From Cyanobacteriota bacterium (lineage in GTDB: Bacteria; Cyanobacteriota; Cyanobacteriia; PCC-6307; Cyanobiaceae), in NCBI GenBank assembly GCA_046052125.1, contig JBJOMY010000001.1, positions 160,001-224,000 of the forward strand: a stretch of 64,000 nt of DNA, read 5' to 3'. How positions within the stretch are numbered: the stretch's first letter is position 1; every line of letters starts with the position of its first letter. The translations under genes were made by a program, and so were the position numbers. This document shows, piece by piece, positions 34,893 through 46,018 of this stretch. The notes under the pieces are model-generated. The model was not told the DNA's origin and searched no databases. It saw only the letters and a list, made by a program, of their open reading frames with translations.

Positions 34893-37355
34893 ATGCGGGT
34901 CTCGCTCCAATGGCTGCGGGAGCTGGTGGCCTGTGATCTGCCCGCCGAGGAGCTGGGCGAGCGCTTGTCAGTGGCCGGCTTTGAAGTGGAGGAAATCGAG
35001 GATCTCGCCGCCCGTGCCGCCGGTGTGGTGGTGGGCCACGTGGAAACCCGCGAGCAACACCCAAACGCCGACAAATTGAGCGTCTGCACGGTGCAGATCG
35101 GCGACGCAGAACCGCTTCAGATCGTCTGCGGTGCCAAGAACGTCCGCGCCGGCATCCACGTGGCGGTGGCCACGGTGGGTGCGTATCTCCCGGCGGTGGA
35201 TCTCACGATCAAGCCGGCCGAGCTGCGCGGTGTGGCCAGCAGCGGCATGATCTGCTCCCTCTCCGAGCTCGGCCTGGCCGATAGCTCTGACGGGATCGTG
35301 ATCCTTGATGAGGCCCTGGAGAGCGTGCCGCCGCTGGGTAGCCCCGTGGGTCCCCTGTTTGGCCTGGACGACCAGGTGCTGGAGCTGGCGATCACCGCCA
35401 ACCGCCCCGATGGCCTCTCCATGCAGGGCATCGCCCGCGAGGTGGCCGCCCTCAGCGGTGCAGCCCTCACCCTGGCGGCCACCCCGCCAGCCGTAAAGGC
35501 CGAGCCTCTGCCCGTGGCAGCGCCAGTGCATGAGCGGATCGAAGCCGGTGGCCTGTTCAGCCTCACCAGCCTGAGCGGGATCCGTGTGGCCCCCTCGCCC
35601 CAATGGCTGCAAAGCCGCCTGGAGCGCGCCGGTCTGCGGCCCGTTAACAACGTGGTCGACATCACCAATCTGGTGATGCTCGAATTCGGCCAGCCCCTGC
35701 ACGCCTTCGACGCCAACAAGCTCGCGGCCCTCAGCGGCGGATCCCTGGATCCGGCTCAGCTGGATCTGCGCGCTGGCCGCAGTGATGAGGCCTTTGTGTC
35801 GCTCGATGGCAGCGAGCACACCCTCAGCCCTGAAGCCTGGGTGGTGAGTTACGCCGATCAGGCGATTGCCCTGGCCGGTGTGATCGGCGGCAATAACAGC
35901 TGTGTGGATGAGACCACCACGGCGATCTGGCTCGAGGCGGCGATGTTCGCCCCGCAAACCGTGCGCCGCAGTGCCCGCAGCGTTGGCCTGCGCACCGATG
36001 CCAGCAGCCGTTTTGAAAAAGGCTTACCCCGTGAGGTCACCCTCACGGCGGCCGATCGCGCCGTGCAGCTGTTCCAGGAGCTCTGCGGCGCCAGCCTCGA
36101 GGGGCGCTGGTGCCACGAGCACAGCCAAGAACCCCGCCCGGCCCTGAATCTGCGCCGCGACGCCCTCCACAACTTGCTCGGCCCGGTGATCACGGCCGAT
36201 GGCGATGAAACCGATCTCGAGGATGCCGAGATCGAGCAGATCCTCACCGCCCTGGGCTGCAGCCTCAGTCCGGACGACGAGGGCTGGCAGGTGCAGGTGC
36301 CACCCTCCCGCGCCATGGATCTGGTGCGTGAGGTGGATCTGATTGAAGAAGTGGCGCGCTTGGTGGGCTACGACCGCTTCGCCAGCCATCTACCTGATCC
36401 GATTGAGCCCGGCGGCCTCAACGCCGAACAGGAGGCGGAGCGTCGCCTGCGCCGGATCCTCGCGGCCAGCGGCTTGCAAGAAACCTGCAGCCTCTCGCTG
36501 GGGCCAGCGGTGTCTGAGCGCCCCGGCGCTGATCCGGCCCGGCGGGTTGCTCTGGCCAACCCCTTGTTGGCGGACTACAGCCATCTGCGCGACAGCCTGG
36601 TGGACGAGCTGTTGCTGGCGGCGCAGCGGAATCTTCAGGCGGGCCGCAGCGGCTTCTGGGCCTTTGAACTGGGCAACGTCTTCGATGCCACGGCGAAAGA
36701 CGGTGGCCAGCGCCTGCAGCTGGCAGGCGTGATCTGCGGGGCTCGCCAGGCGGAGCTGTGGAGCAGCGGCGGCAAACCCCAAGCGCTCGATTACTTCCAG
36801 GCCCGCGGTCTGTTGCAACAGGCGCTGCTGAGTCTCAAGTTGCCCGTGGAGGATCGCCGGCTCACCAGCGAACCGATGCTGCATCCGGGCCGGGCCGCTC
36901 AGGTGGTGGTGGAAGGCCGCCCCGCCGGCTGTTTCGGCCAGGTGCATCCCGAGCTGGCCGAGCGCTACGACCTACCCGCCGCCACCTATCTGTTCCAACT
37001 GGAGGTGCCGCAGCTCCTGAGCGCCGCCACGCGCCGGAACCGCTGGCAGCCGGCGTTTGGCGCCTTCCCCACGGTTCCGGCCTCCGAACGCGATCTGGCG
37101 CTGGTGGTGCCCAGCAGCACCGCCAGCGGTGATCTGCTCCAGGCGATCCGCAAAGCCGGCAAACCCCTGCTCGAGCAGGCCGAACTGGTGGATCGTTACG
37201 AGGGTGAGCAGGTGGCCGCCGGCAGCTGCAGCCAAGCCTTCCGCCTGCGCTACCGCGACGCCAAGCGCACCCTCACCGATGCGGAAGTGGATAGCGCCCA
37301 CCAGGCCATTCGCGCCGCCCTGGAGAAACAATTCGGCGCTCAACTGCGCGCCTGA
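34893..37355 (+). CDS. pheT: Phenylalanyl-tRNA synthetase beta subunit
   Basis: 'HPNADKL', 'ITANRPD', 'TDASSRFEKG', 'DLIEEVARL'. Confidence 0.97.
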   Translation: MRVSLQWLRELVACDLPAEELGERLSVAGFEVEEIEDLAARAAGVVVGHVETREQHPNADKLSVCTVQIGDAEPLQIVCGAKNVRAGIHVAVATVGAYLPAVDLTIKPAELRGVASSGMICSLSELGLADSSDGIVILDEALESVPPLGSPVGPLFGLDDQVLELAITANRPDGLSMQGIAREVAALSGAALTLAATPPAVKAEPLPVAAPVHERIEAGGLFSLTSLSGIRVAPSPQWLQSRLERAGLRPVNNVVDITNLVMLEFGQPLHAFDANKLAALSGGSLDPAQLDLRAGRSDEAFVSLDGSEHTLSPEAWVVSYADQAIALAGVIGGNNSCVDETTTAIWLEAAMFAPQTVRRSARSVGLRTDASSRFEKGLPREVTLTAADRAVQLFQELCGASLEGRWCHEHSQEPRPALNLRRDALHNLLGPVITADGDETDLEDAEIEQILTALGCSLSPDDEGWQVQVPPSRAMDLVREVDLIEEVARLVGYDRFASHLPDPIEPGGLNAEQEAERRLRRILAASGLQETCSLSLGPAVSERPGADPARRVALANPLLADYSHLRDSLVDELLLAAQRNLQAGRSGFWAFELGNVFDATAKDGGQRLQLAGVICGARQAELWSSGGKPQALDYFQARGLLQQALLSLKLPVEDRRLTSEPMLHPGRAAQVVVEGRPAGCFGQVHPELAERYDLPAATYLFQLEVPQLLSAATRRNRWQPAFGAFPTVPASERDLALVVPSSTASGDLLQAIRKAGKPLLEQAELVDRYEGEQVAAGSCSQAFRLRYRDAKRTLTDAEVDSAHQAIRAALEKQFGAQLRA

Positions 37356-37366
37356 AGCCAGCGGAA

Positions 37367-38731
37367 TCAGTCCCGCTGCAGCAGGGCCACGCTCTCCACG
37401 TGGCTGGTTTGGGGGAAGAAGTCCACGGGCTGCACCGGCCGCAACCGGTAACCAGCCTCTTCAGTGAGCCGACCCAGGTCTCGGGCGAGGGTGGCTGGGT
37501 TGCAGCTGATGTAGGCGATGCGCTTGGGCGGAGCCTGCAGGATGGCCTCCATCACTTCGGGGGTGAGGCCCTTGCGCGGTGGATCCACCAGCAGGGATGA
37601 CGCCCAGGTGAGGTGTTCGGCCAGGGAGGCCGCCACATCGGCCTGCTCAAAGCGGGCGTTCGGCAGCTGATTGCGCTCCGCATTGGCACGGGCCTGCTGC
37701 ACCGAGCCCTCGTGAAGCTCCAGCCCCAACACATTCAGGCCGGCCGCCGCCAGGGGCAGTGAGAACGTGCCAATGCCGGAGTAGGCCTCGAGCACCTGGC
37801 TGGTGGCATCCTCCAAAAAGAAGTTCACCAGCAGAGGCACCACCCGCTCCGCCTGGGCAGTGTTCACCTGAAAAAAGGTGTCGGCGGCGATGCGCAGGGC
37901 GTGACCGGCAAAGCGTTCCTCCAGCCAGGAGCGGCCGCAGATCTGCAGGGTGTCGGCCCCGAGAACCACGTTGTTGGCCTTGGGTTGCAGGTTCAGATTC
38001 ACGCCCACCACCTCGGGCCAGCGCTGCATCCACTGATTGGCCAGAGCCTCCAGACCCGGCAGGTTGTTGTGGCTGCTCACCAGGGTGATCAACACCTCGC
38101 CGCTGTGGTGACCCACACGAAGGGCGAGATGTCGCAGGCCGCCGCCGGCGCTGAGGTTGACATCGACGGGCCAGCGCGTGGCCTCCAGATCAGCCTTGAT
38201 CGGTGCAATCAGGCCATCGATGCGTGGATCCAGCACTGGGCAGCGATTCATGTTCACGATCTTGTGGCTGCCGCGGCGGTAGTAGCCAGCGCGCAGCTGC
38301 CCCTCCGGGCTGAACTCGAGCGGAATCAGCGCCCGATTGCGATAGCCGAGCGGCGTTTCCGCACTCCAGATCGGCAACACCTCCACCTGGAGATGGCCCA
38401 CGCGCTGCAGCGCCTGACGCACCAGATCGGTTTTCAGCTCTGCCTGGGCTGCATCGGCGCAGTGCTGCAGGGAGCAGCCGCCGCAGCGGTCCGCAAGGAT
38501 GCACGGAGCCTTCCGCCGCTGCTCCGAAGGCTCCTCCACACCCACCAGGTCCGCTTCCAGGTGACGTTTGGCACTGCGCCTGAGCCGAGCTACAACGCGT
38601 TCCTGGGGCAAAGCGCCGGGAACAAACACCGCCAGGTCCTGATAACGGCCAACGCCCTGGCCCTCGTGGCCGAGCCCGTCGATGCTCAATTCAAAGGTCT
38701 GCCCCAACTTGAGGTCGCTCGCCACACCCAT
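37367..38731 (-). CDS. rlmD: 23S rRNA (uracil(1939)-C5)-methyltransferase
   Basis: TRAM domain, 'CGGCSLQH', 'FFQVN', 'DPPRKG', 'YISCNPATLARD', 'DFFPQTSHVE'. Confidence 0.93.
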   Translation of the reverse strand: MGVASDLKLGQTFELSIDGLGHEGQGVGRYQDLAVFVPGALPQERVVARLRRSAKRHLEADLVGVEEPSEQRRKAPCILADRCGGCSLQHCADAAQAELKTDLVRQALQRVGHLQVEVLPIWSAETPLGYRNRALIPLEFSPEGQLRAGYYRRGSHKIVNMNRCPVLDPRIDGLIAPIKADLEATRWPVDVNLSAGGGLRHLALRVGHHSGEVLITLVSSHNNLPGLEALANQWMQRWPEVVGVNLNLQPKANNVVLGADTLQICGRSWLEERFAGHALRIAADTFFQVNTAQAERVVPLLVNFFLEDATSQVLEAYSGIGTFSLPLAAAGLNVLGLELHEGSVQQARANAERNQLPNARFEQADVAASLAEHLTWASSLLVDPPRKGLTPEVMEAILQAPPKRIAYISCNPATLARDLGRLTEEAGYRLRPVQPVDFFPQTSHVESVALLQRD

Positions 38732-38841
38732 CTGTTCGCCTTTTCTGATCCTTCGACCCTATCGGTGCGTAAACACCTGGCCTTTCAAGCGAAGTTGAGG
38801 CCTTCAGTCTCGATAGAGTGCCTGGGCAACAGGTGGTTTCG

Positions 38842-39336
38842 ATGAGCGTCGTACGCGATCTGATCCTGCAGGCAGACGATCAGCTCCGCTATCCCACCGG
38901 CGGTGAGCTCCGCTCGATGGTCGAGTTCCTCTCGACCGGCGCCAGCCGCATGTCGGTTGTGCGGGCCCTCACCGAAAACGAGAAAAAGATCGTCGACGAG
39001 GCCGCCAAGCAGCTGTTCAGCCGCAAGCCTGAATACGTGGCCCCCGGCGGCAACGCCTACGGCCAGAAGCAGCGGGCTCAGTGCCTGCGCGACTTCGGCT
39101 GGTACCTCCGCCTGGTGACCTACGGCGTTCTTGCCGGCAGCACCGAAATGATCCAGAAGATCGGTCTGGAAGGTGCCCGTGAGATGTACAACAGCCTCGG
39201 CGTTCCGATGCCCGGCATGGTCGAGTCGATGCGCTGCCTGAAGGAAGCCTCCCTCGTGCTGCTCAATGGTGACGACGCTGCGCTCGCCGCTCCTTACTTC
39301 GACTTCCTGATTCAGGGGATGCAGACCCCCTGCTGA
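38842..39336 (+). CDS. apcD: Allophycocyanin alpha-B subunit
   Basis: '[16 protein letters not shown]', '[12 protein letters not shown]', '[12 protein letters not shown]'. Confidence 0.95.
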   Translation: MSVVRDLILQADDQLRYPTGGELRSMVEFLSTGASRMSVVRALTENEKKIVDEAAKQLFSRKPEYVAPGGNAYGQKQRAQCLRDFGWYLRLVTYGVLAGSTEMIQKIGLEGAREMYNSLGVPMPGMVESMRCLKEASLVLLNGDDAALAAPYFDFLIQGMQTPC

Positions 39337-39359
39337 TCAGCGCAAGCAACCTGATATTC

Positions 39360-39391
39360 AAAACCGGTGGTTTCTGACCACCGGTTTTTTT
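39360..39391. terminator. Bidirectional intrinsic terminator
   Basis: aaaaccggtggt-ttctg-accaccggttttttt. Confidence 0.85.
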
Positions 39392-39854
39392 GTATCCGTC
39401 AGGAGCCAACGCACTCGACCCCGACAATCAGACGAAGGGTTACGAGCCGCAGAAGTCTCATGCGCATCCGAGTCTGCGCCTCATGCCCAGTCTCATACGG
39501 GACTATCGAGCCTGCTTGCGGGTCGTCTTGAGCCGGTAAACAAACCATCGAGCGATCTCGGCTTGATGCGAGGGATCTCGTGCTCAGCACCTGTCACTGG
39601 ATCGATACCCGCACTCGATCAACACGTGATTGATGCACGCATCAACAGGTGCGTGCTGCTGCATTGCTCTCTTTGAGCCGATGACAAAACGAGGCCAGTA
39701 CATCCCGGATGCGTCTCATTCCTGGTCTAGAGGCTGTGAGCTGGCTAGACGTCCGGGATCGCTTTTTTATCGATCAGGGCTGCATTCGGCAGGGACCAAG
39801 GCACGCCAAAACCTTTACTCGACTTCCGCAATTCGCGGTCACAGCATCGCCCAT

Positions 39855-39888
<34 letters not shown>

Positions 39889-40304
39889 ATCATGCACGGG
39901 CCATCCCCTGCTCAACCAATACCTTCCTGAACCTGGAAGCAAGAAGCCTGCATGCCCCAAAAGCCTGCGTACCTGTGTCTACAGCAGGTACGCGCTGAGC
40001 CGAGCTTCGACACCGGAACGGGTTTCAGCTTGGCCAAGAGTCCTGGACACAGACCGGGAAGCCATGGACAAGGAACAGTGGAGCGGATCCGTCAGAAAGC
40101 AGCCGCGAAGGAGTGGGATCGAGAAGTAACCACTGACGGGTGGAACACAGACAGTTTTGACGAAAAAAAAGAACTTGATACCAACCCAGCGATCCGAGGC
40201 GGGCATGCGACAAGGTCCTCGCAACGAACAGCCAAGCAGAAACTCGCTGGTCCCAATCAGCATGCGTATCTGGACTGGGACTGCGTCACAGATGAGATGC
40301 CTGA

Positions 40305-41360
40305 TTAGGCTGCGCGGCGATAGCGCTCCTTCAGGAACTGATAGGCCTCATTGAGTCGTCGCATGGCATCCGCTGAGCCGCCCGCATCGGGGTGATGGCT
40401 CTGGGCTTGCTCGCGGTAGGCATCGCGCACTTCCTTCAGCGTGTACGGACGATCCGCGACGGTCGGTAACTGCAACAAACGAAGCGCACCATGCACCGTC
40501 ATCGATTGATCAATCGCCTCGAACGAAGTGGTGCGTTTGTTGCGGCTGCGATGCCGTTGAACAAAGCGTGTGATCAACGTGGGGACACGAACCGCCAGGC
40601 TGTTGCCGCCGAACGGGTCCTCCAGAATTCCGGCAGCAGTCACCACCCGCTCAAGACTGGGCTCGGCAACGATCCAGCTGGGAGCGAGTGACAGGATCAC
40701 TTGCTGGGCCAGATTCCAGCTGAAGGGCCTGCCATCGCTGTGATCCGACTGGGGCCAGATGTCGCGGGCCAGCCAACTCAGGGCTGCGTCCACCACGGCG
40801 TCACTCGGAGCTTGGCCATAGATCTCGAGCCAGTGCTGCTGGGCGCGAAGCAGCGCATCTTGCATGGCGTCCTGGGAGACCAACGCCAATGCAGCGGGGC
40901 GATCGTCACCCAGGGGCAACGCCGGCTCCTGAAGACTGCGTTTCACTGCACGGGCTTGCCGCCGCACAAACCCAGGTAATTGAATGCCGCCGCTTTCATC
41001 GGCGGCCACTGATCCGAAACCTCGGCGAGAGGACGCGAACAGACTCTCATTCGCACCGGATGCGTCTCGCTCCTGGTCCCCAACTGCGACAAGGGCGGAA
41101 CCGATGAGAACGATGGCGGCTGACTCGTCGAGCTCTCCGGGACCCATCCGTTCAGCTGAATCCGCCTGCTCGTCGGCAACGGCGATCTCCTCGCTGGCGT
41201 CGGGCTCCTCGTTCTCTGTGAGCACTTCGCGCAGCAGCTGCTCCACCATCGGCCCACGGCTGCGAAATCCCATTCGGGATTTCATGCCATCGATCAAACC
41301 GAGCAGCTCTTCGCTGAGCTCAAGGGTGATGCGCCGTTTGTCGGATCCGCTCTCCGCCAC
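40305..41360 (-). CDS. DnaJ-domain protein with N-terminal RHH-like segment
   Basis: C-terminal 'AYREQAQSHHPDAGG...RLNEAY'; N-terminal 'RRITLEL'. Confidence 0.85.
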   Translation of the reverse strand: MAESGSDKRRITLELSEELLGLIDGMKSRMGFRSRGPMVEQLLREVLTENEEPDASEEIAVADEQADSAERMGPGELDESAAIVLIGSALVAVGDQERDASGANESLFASSRRGFGSVAADESGGIQLPGFVRRQARAVKRSLQEPALPLGDDRPAALALVSQDAMQDALLRAQQHWLEIYGQAPSDAVVDAALSWLARDIWPQSDHSDGRPFSWNLAQQVILSLAPSWIVAEPSLERVVTAAGILEDPFGGNSLAVRVPTLITRFVQRHRSRNKRTTSFEAIDQSMTVHGALRLLQLPTVADRPYTLKEVRDAYREQAQSHHPDAGGSADAMRRLNEAYQFLKERYRRAA

Positions 41361-41386
41361 GCCCGGACGCTGATGTCCCCCTGAGG

Positions 41387-43003
41387 TTATCGGCCCATCA
41401 GCGAATTCATCAGCTGTTGCTGTGCCTGAACCGCTTGCTGGTAGCGCTCCATCAAGCTCTGGCTCATCCGCGTTGGTGTGATCACCGCAGGGGTCAGACC
41501 AGGCAAGGTGGGAACGGGCGGCAGAGGATGCACCCAGCCGGGAGCGACCACCACCGCAGGAGCAGAGGGTTTCGGCTTCGGTTTGGACGCTGGACGGGGC
41601 TGGGCCACAGCCACCAGCGGTTCACGGGCCTCGGGTGTCTCCACCTGCACCGCTGGCACCGCTGGCACCGCTGGAGCGGGCTTCGGTTGGCTGGCCGCCT
41701 TTTGAGCCGCGATCAAGAGCTCTTCGCGCTGCCGCAGCTGGGCGAGCTGCGAATCAGGAACAACGCTCAACAGGTGACCGGGCGTGGCATCCGCCGGGTA
41801 CACCATGCTCACCTTCACCTTGTTGACCTGGCCCGGCTTCAGGTTCAGCGAGGCAATCGGCAGGCTCTGACCGGAGCGCAAGCCCACGTGCACCTCGCGG
41901 TAGCCCTCATCGCTCTCAATGCCGATCGAGCCGCGGAAGGCGGTGAAGGCTTTGCCATTGGGGGTGGGATGGCTGATCACCAGCTGATGGGGTCCGGCGC
42001 CCTGCAGGTTGAGCTGCACGTCGAAGCGGACCCCGTAGGTGCCCACGTTGTCGAGGGAGGAATCCACCATCCGGCTCGCCAGCTGATTCACCTGCACTTC
42101 ATTGGTGCCGAAGTGATGGCGATTGGTGCTCGTGAAGGGAACGTGCAATGCCCCCTGGCTCAGATCGTGATTGACGCTGGCGGTGTAGACATCGCCGAGG
42201 GCCACGCCGGCGACCCGGGAAAAGACCGTGCCATCCTGAATCTGCCGCACGCGGCTCAGGTAGATCCGCCCTGGCGCCAGGCGACGACTATCGAGCACGG
42301 CCAGGATGTCGGCGTCGCTTTGGGGGTTCTTGGCGGCCACCACAGCCATCTGGAAGGGACCATCACTGCGGCCCCGCAGCAAGCCGTTGGCAATTCCCAA
42401 GGCCGGAAGGGCCGTGCTGAACAACACGATCCGGCTGTAGGCGGGGATCGTGATCTCATCTTCGAGCCGGCGATCCAGTTGCCCCCGCAACATCTGCACG
42501 GCCGTGGCATCGCCAGGGCCCGTGTTCCAGGGGCGGGGCCCGAGGGGTTTCACCCCCATCAGGTTGTTGGCCAGGTAGGGGGCTTCAAAGCTGTTGCGAA
42601 CAGCGCCGTTCTTGAAATAGAGATGAACAGGCTTCGGCCCCGGGTTGATCAGGATCGTGGCGAGGGTCAGCTCACCTCTGCGACCGCCGCCGCTGCGCAG
42701 CTGACTGCGGTCTTCGGGGAAATATTTGTGGTGAACGTGGAGGCCGAATTCGCCGTTGAAGGTATAGGTGGCATTGGCAAGCGGTTGGTTGGTCTCCGCG
42801 GCGATCGCTGAACCGGGCTGGGTATCCACCAGGATCCCGGGGCCGAGCACCTCCTCCGGTTGGTTCGAGTGCAACACCGGCACGTTGTTGAAGGAGCCCT
42901 GCAAGGGCCTGGCGCTCTGCCCCGCCATCAGGGCTACGTACGCGTGAGCGGGTACCGGCGCCACGAGCACGCCAGCCACCAGTGACAGCAACAACGGCTT
43001 CAT
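41387..43003 (-). CDS. DUF3370 family secreted protein
   Basis: Signal peptide; 'VPVLHSNQPE', 'YPADATP'. Confidence 0.8.
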   Translation of the reverse strand: MKPLLLSLVAGVLVAPVPAHAYVALMAGQSARPLQGSFNNVPVLHSNQPEEVLGPGILVDTQPGSAIAAETNQPLANATYTFNGEFGLHVHHKYFPEDRSQLRSGGGRRGELTLATILINPGPKPVHLYFKNGAVRNSFEAPYLANNLMGVKPLGPRPWNTGPGDATAVQMLRGQLDRRLEDEITIPAYSRIVLFSTALPALGIANGLLRGRSDGPFQMAVVAAKNPQSDADILAVLDSRRLAPGRIYLSRVRQIQDGTVFSRVAGVALGDVYTASVNHDLSQGALHVPFTSTNRHHFGTNEVQVNQLASRMVDSSLDNVGTYGVRFDVQLNLQGAGPHQLVISHPTPNGKAFTAFRGSIGIESDEGYREVHVGLRSGQSLPIASLNLKPGQVNKVKVSMVYPADATPGHLLSVVPDSQLAQLRQREELLIAAQKAASQPKPAPAVPAVPAVQVETPEAREPLVAVAQPRPASKPKPKPSAPAVVVAPGWVHPLPPVPTLPGLTPAVITPTRMSQSLMERYQQAVQAQQQLMNSLMGR

Positions 43004-43209
43004 CTGACTCGTGGGACCAACTTCTCTCACCGTGCGATCAAACAAGAGGCAGGGTCGCTGGGGTTCCGTTTTGCTTTCGTTCTGCCGGCATAAAAATCAG
43101 TGAAAGCCAGGGCTTTAACCCCCGTGGAGGAGGGTGCGATGCGCTCTGGAACCATTCCCGCGGTCGGCCGTTGTCGACCGCTAGAACATCAACTGGTGTC
43201 TATTTTCCC

Positions 43210-43392
43210 ATGTTCCCGCCATTCTTTGGCTGCGGAGACAACTCCAACCCCCAGCAGCTCCGCCGCCGCCACCAGGAGCGCAAGCTGCACACCCTCACCT
43301 TCTGGCGCGATGGGCTGGAGCGTCAGCTGGCTGCGATCAACGCCGCCATCAGCACGCTTGAGCGGCAGATGCAGGACTCAACAGACGCCTGA
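43210..43392 (+). CDS. Small conserved coiled-coil hypothetical protein
   Basis: 60 aa; 'FWRDGLERQLAAINAAISTLERQM'. Confidence 0.7.
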   Translation: MFPPFFGCGDNSNPQQLRRRHQERKLHTLTFWRDGLERQLAAINAAISTLERQMQDSTDA

Positions 43393-44080
43393 GTTCCGCC
43401 AGGGCCTGATGCAGCCGGCGGTGCACCGTGGCGGCACTGCTTCCCTCCCGTGCCGCCACCGCCCGCAGACTCAGGCCCTGAAACACCACCGCCTCCACCA
43501 CCTGCCGCTGGCGATCACTTAATTGCTGCAGCGCGCTCAGGGCGGACTCGCTCTCCTCCTCTCGCTCGGCCGCATCAGCTGCAAAGGCCTGAAGCTGCTC
43601 ATCAGCCTCGTTGAGCTGCCGAATCGACAGGCCGCCTGCGTCACAGCTGAGACCAGCCAACTCCAGCTGGTCCCACTGGCGATCGCTCAGGCCCAGCTGG
43701 CTGCACAGTTCTGCAGGCGTGGCCTCATGCCCTGATCCACTCGCCAAGGCCTGCCGGCATTGCCGCAAGGCGTAGCAACGTTCCTGCAAACGGCGCGACA
43801 CCCGCACCATCGGCGCCACATCCCGCAGGTAGTGGAGCACCGCACCACGAATGTGCGGGCGGGCGAAGGCAGCAAACGGCACGTTGCTGCGGCTGTCGTA
43901 ACGCTCGGCGGCGCGGATCAGTCCGATCACCGCCACCTGATGCAAGTCATCGCGCAGTTCAGCGCTGCGGGCTGCGTAGTGCCCCGCCACGCTGTTCACC
44001 AGCGCCAGATGGTTCTGCACCCGCTGATTGCGGCTGCGGATGCGCCGTGAAGGCTGGGATCGCTTGGCTGACGTGGACAC
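43349..44080 (-). CDS. sigF: Group 3 SigF-type sigma factor
   Basis: 'DDLHQVAVIGLIRAAERYD', 'HYLRD', region 4 HTH. Confidence 0.88.
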   Translation of the reverse strand: MSTSAKRSQPSRRIRSRNQRVQNHLALVNSVAGHYAARSAELRDDLHQVAVIGLIRAAERYDSRSNVPFAAFARPHIRGAVLHYLRDVAPMVRVSRRLQERCYALRQCRQALASGSGHEATPAELCSQLGLSDRQWDQLELAGLSCDAGGLSIRQLNEADEQLQAFAADAAEREEESESALSALQQLSDRQRQVVEAVVFQGLSLRAVAAREGSSAATVHRRLHQALAELRRLLSPASAAQAC

Positions 44081-44153
44081 GGACTGAGAACTGATCTGGC
44101 TCTCTCAGCCAAGACGGGCTGTGACGGCCCACGCATCCGTGCTGCCACGGAAC

Positions 44154-44993
44154 TCACTGCGGTGGTGCCTGGGCTACAGCCTCCAGCAAGGCCAGGGGAC
44201 CGTGCTGTTGCAGCCAGTCGGTGTCGGATTCCGGCGTAACCAAAAGACAGCCGGCAAACCCCAAGGCATTGATGCTCATGCCGCTCCAATGCTCCTGGGT
44301 GCGAACCACGGTCATGAACCACTGCGGATCGAGCAGGAGGTTGTACGGCTGCAGAGGCTGCACCTGATGGGCCGGTTCCCCGAGGCCGAGCTCAAGCTGG
44401 TGGCGGCGGTACAGCTCAAACAGTTCAGCGGATGCATCGGGCGTGCCAAAACAAAGGCGCCGGCTGAGGCGGTACTGCCAGGGCCAGGCCGGTTGCGTTC
44501 CCTCCAGCTGCGCCATGCAGGAGGCCGCCAGTGGGCAGCTCACCTCCTGCGGGGATCGGGGCAACAGCTGGAGATGGCGGTGCGGCTGGCTGGCGCCGGC
44601 GGCGGCGCAGCTGTTGAAGAACCACAACCCAGCGGTGTCGGCCTCAACGGCGGCCAGAGCCTGCCAATCGCTGCGCTGCAGCCAGCCCGCCTGGGGCTGC
44701 CAGCTCTGGGTGATCAACAACACGTGCCCGCGCTGCACCGGGAATTTGTTGAGGATCAGCACGTGCTCCGCACTGAGCCGCTCCACTTCCAGCTCGGGAT
44801 CCCAGGGCAGGAAGGGATTCGGCTTGGGGCCCGCGCTCCGCAGGTGTTTCGGCGTGTCCGAGAGCAGGCGGCGCAACACAAACGGTTCACAGCCCGCCAG
44901 CTCCACCCGTTCGGTGTGCAGCGGCACCAGTGCTCCGGAGTGCTCGGCGGCTTCGCTGCGCGCCAGGGCTGCCTGGAGCAAACGACCCATCAA
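44154..44993 (-). CDS. ATP adenylyltransferase / Ap4A phosphorylase
   Basis: 'NPFLP', 'LNKFPV', 'AGASQPHRHLQ', 'INALGFAG'. Confidence 0.9.
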   Translation of the reverse strand: MMGRLLQAALARSEAAEHSGALVPLHTERVELAGCEPFVLRRLLSDTPKHLRSAGPKPNPFLPWDPELEVERLSAEHVLILNKFPVQRGHVLLITQSWQPQAGWLQRSDWQALAAVEADTAGLWFFNSCAAAGASQPHRHLQLLPRSPQEVSCPLAASCMAQLEGTQPAWPWQYRLSRRLCFGTPDASAELFELYRRHQLELGLGEPAHQVQPLQPYNLLLDPQWFMTVVRTQEHWSGMSINALGFAGCLLVTPESDTDWLQQHGPLALLEAVAQAPPQ

Positions 44994-46018
44994 CCCTGGC
45001 CCTGACGCAAGCGTGCCAGGGATGCTCCCCGGTAGTAATGGCCAAGGATCTGGTTGTAGCGCTGGCCGCTGCTCGCCATGGCCTGGGCACCGTGCTGACT
45101 CATCGACGCCCCCAAATGGCCATGGGCTTCCATGCTGATCTCGCTGGTGGCGGCGTACAGGCTTTCCACAATGCCGCCCTGGTAGCTGAGGATCAGGCCG
45201 CTAGTGAGGGCTGCCGCTTCGCGGGTGCGCGCCGTACTGCTGGCCAAGCCCCGATAGGCCTGCCAGCGGGTGGTGTTGCCCAGATGCCAATGGCGGCTGG
45301 CGGGCCGCGCCATGTGGGCCAGGGCATAGGAGCGAGCTGCCACCGCCTGGGCTTTGAGCGCTTCCATCGACCAGGAACTGGGCATCTCCGCTCCCACCAC
45401 CGAGGCCACATAGGCCTCCAGAGGCAGGTGGTTGACGGCCAACAAGCCATCGCTGTCGCTCAGCACCCGCAGGCGGCCGTCGTAGGCTTGGCCATTAACG
45501 CTCACCGCGTGGCCGGCGCTGGTTTCCAGCCAGATCTCCGCCGGCAGCCCATCGGCGGCACTGAGGCTGAGGGCCGAGCCGGCCGCCCCCTGACGCAACA
45601 CCGATCCATCGGCACCCCGCAGCCACCAGGGCCCGCTGGCCGAGAGCTGCAGCTGCGAGGCAGCACGAACCACAGCCACACGGATCTCCAAGGCGAGCGG
45701 CGTGCCGCGGGCCGGCTCCGCCAGGGCCAGGCCTCCGCCCTTGCCAGCCATGCGTTCTGCCGCCAAACCGCGCAGGTCATCACCTGCCGACGACTGAGGC
45801 ACCGCGTGGGGTGGCGGGCTCGCCAACATCGCCTCCAACAGCGGCCCGTCGAGCGTTGAGCCGTTGGGCATCACCGCCTGAGCCCAGAACCCCAGCCCCA
45901 GTGCCCCCAGTCCCATCGGGGCGCCGAGCATCAGGCTGCGCCAATTCACAGCCTCACGGACTGCTGCCAGTCGTCTGGATCGCAGCCAGAGCCTGAGGCG
46001 TTGATCTGTCCGTCCCAT
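44990..46018 (-). CDS. SpoIID/LytB domain protein
   Basis: 'VNHLPLEAYVASVVGAEMP', 'ALKAQAVAARSYA', 'GHLGASMSQHGA'. Confidence 0.9.
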   Translation of the reverse strand: MGRTDQRLRLWLRSRRLAAVREAVNWRSLMLGAPMGLGALGLGFWAQAVMPNGSTLDGPLLEAMLASPPPHAVPQSSAGDDLRGLAAERMAGKGGGLALAEPARGTPLALEIRVAVVRAASQLQLSASGPWWLRGADGSVLRQGAAGSALSLSAADGLPAEIWLETSAGHAVSVNGQAYDGRLRVLSDSDGLLAVNHLPLEAYVASVVGAEMPSSWSMEALKAQAVAARSYALAHMARPASRHWHLGNTTRWQAYRGLASSTARTREAAALTSGLILSYQGGIVESLYAATSEISMEAHGHLGASMSQHGAQAMASSGQRYNQILGHYYRGASLARLRQGQG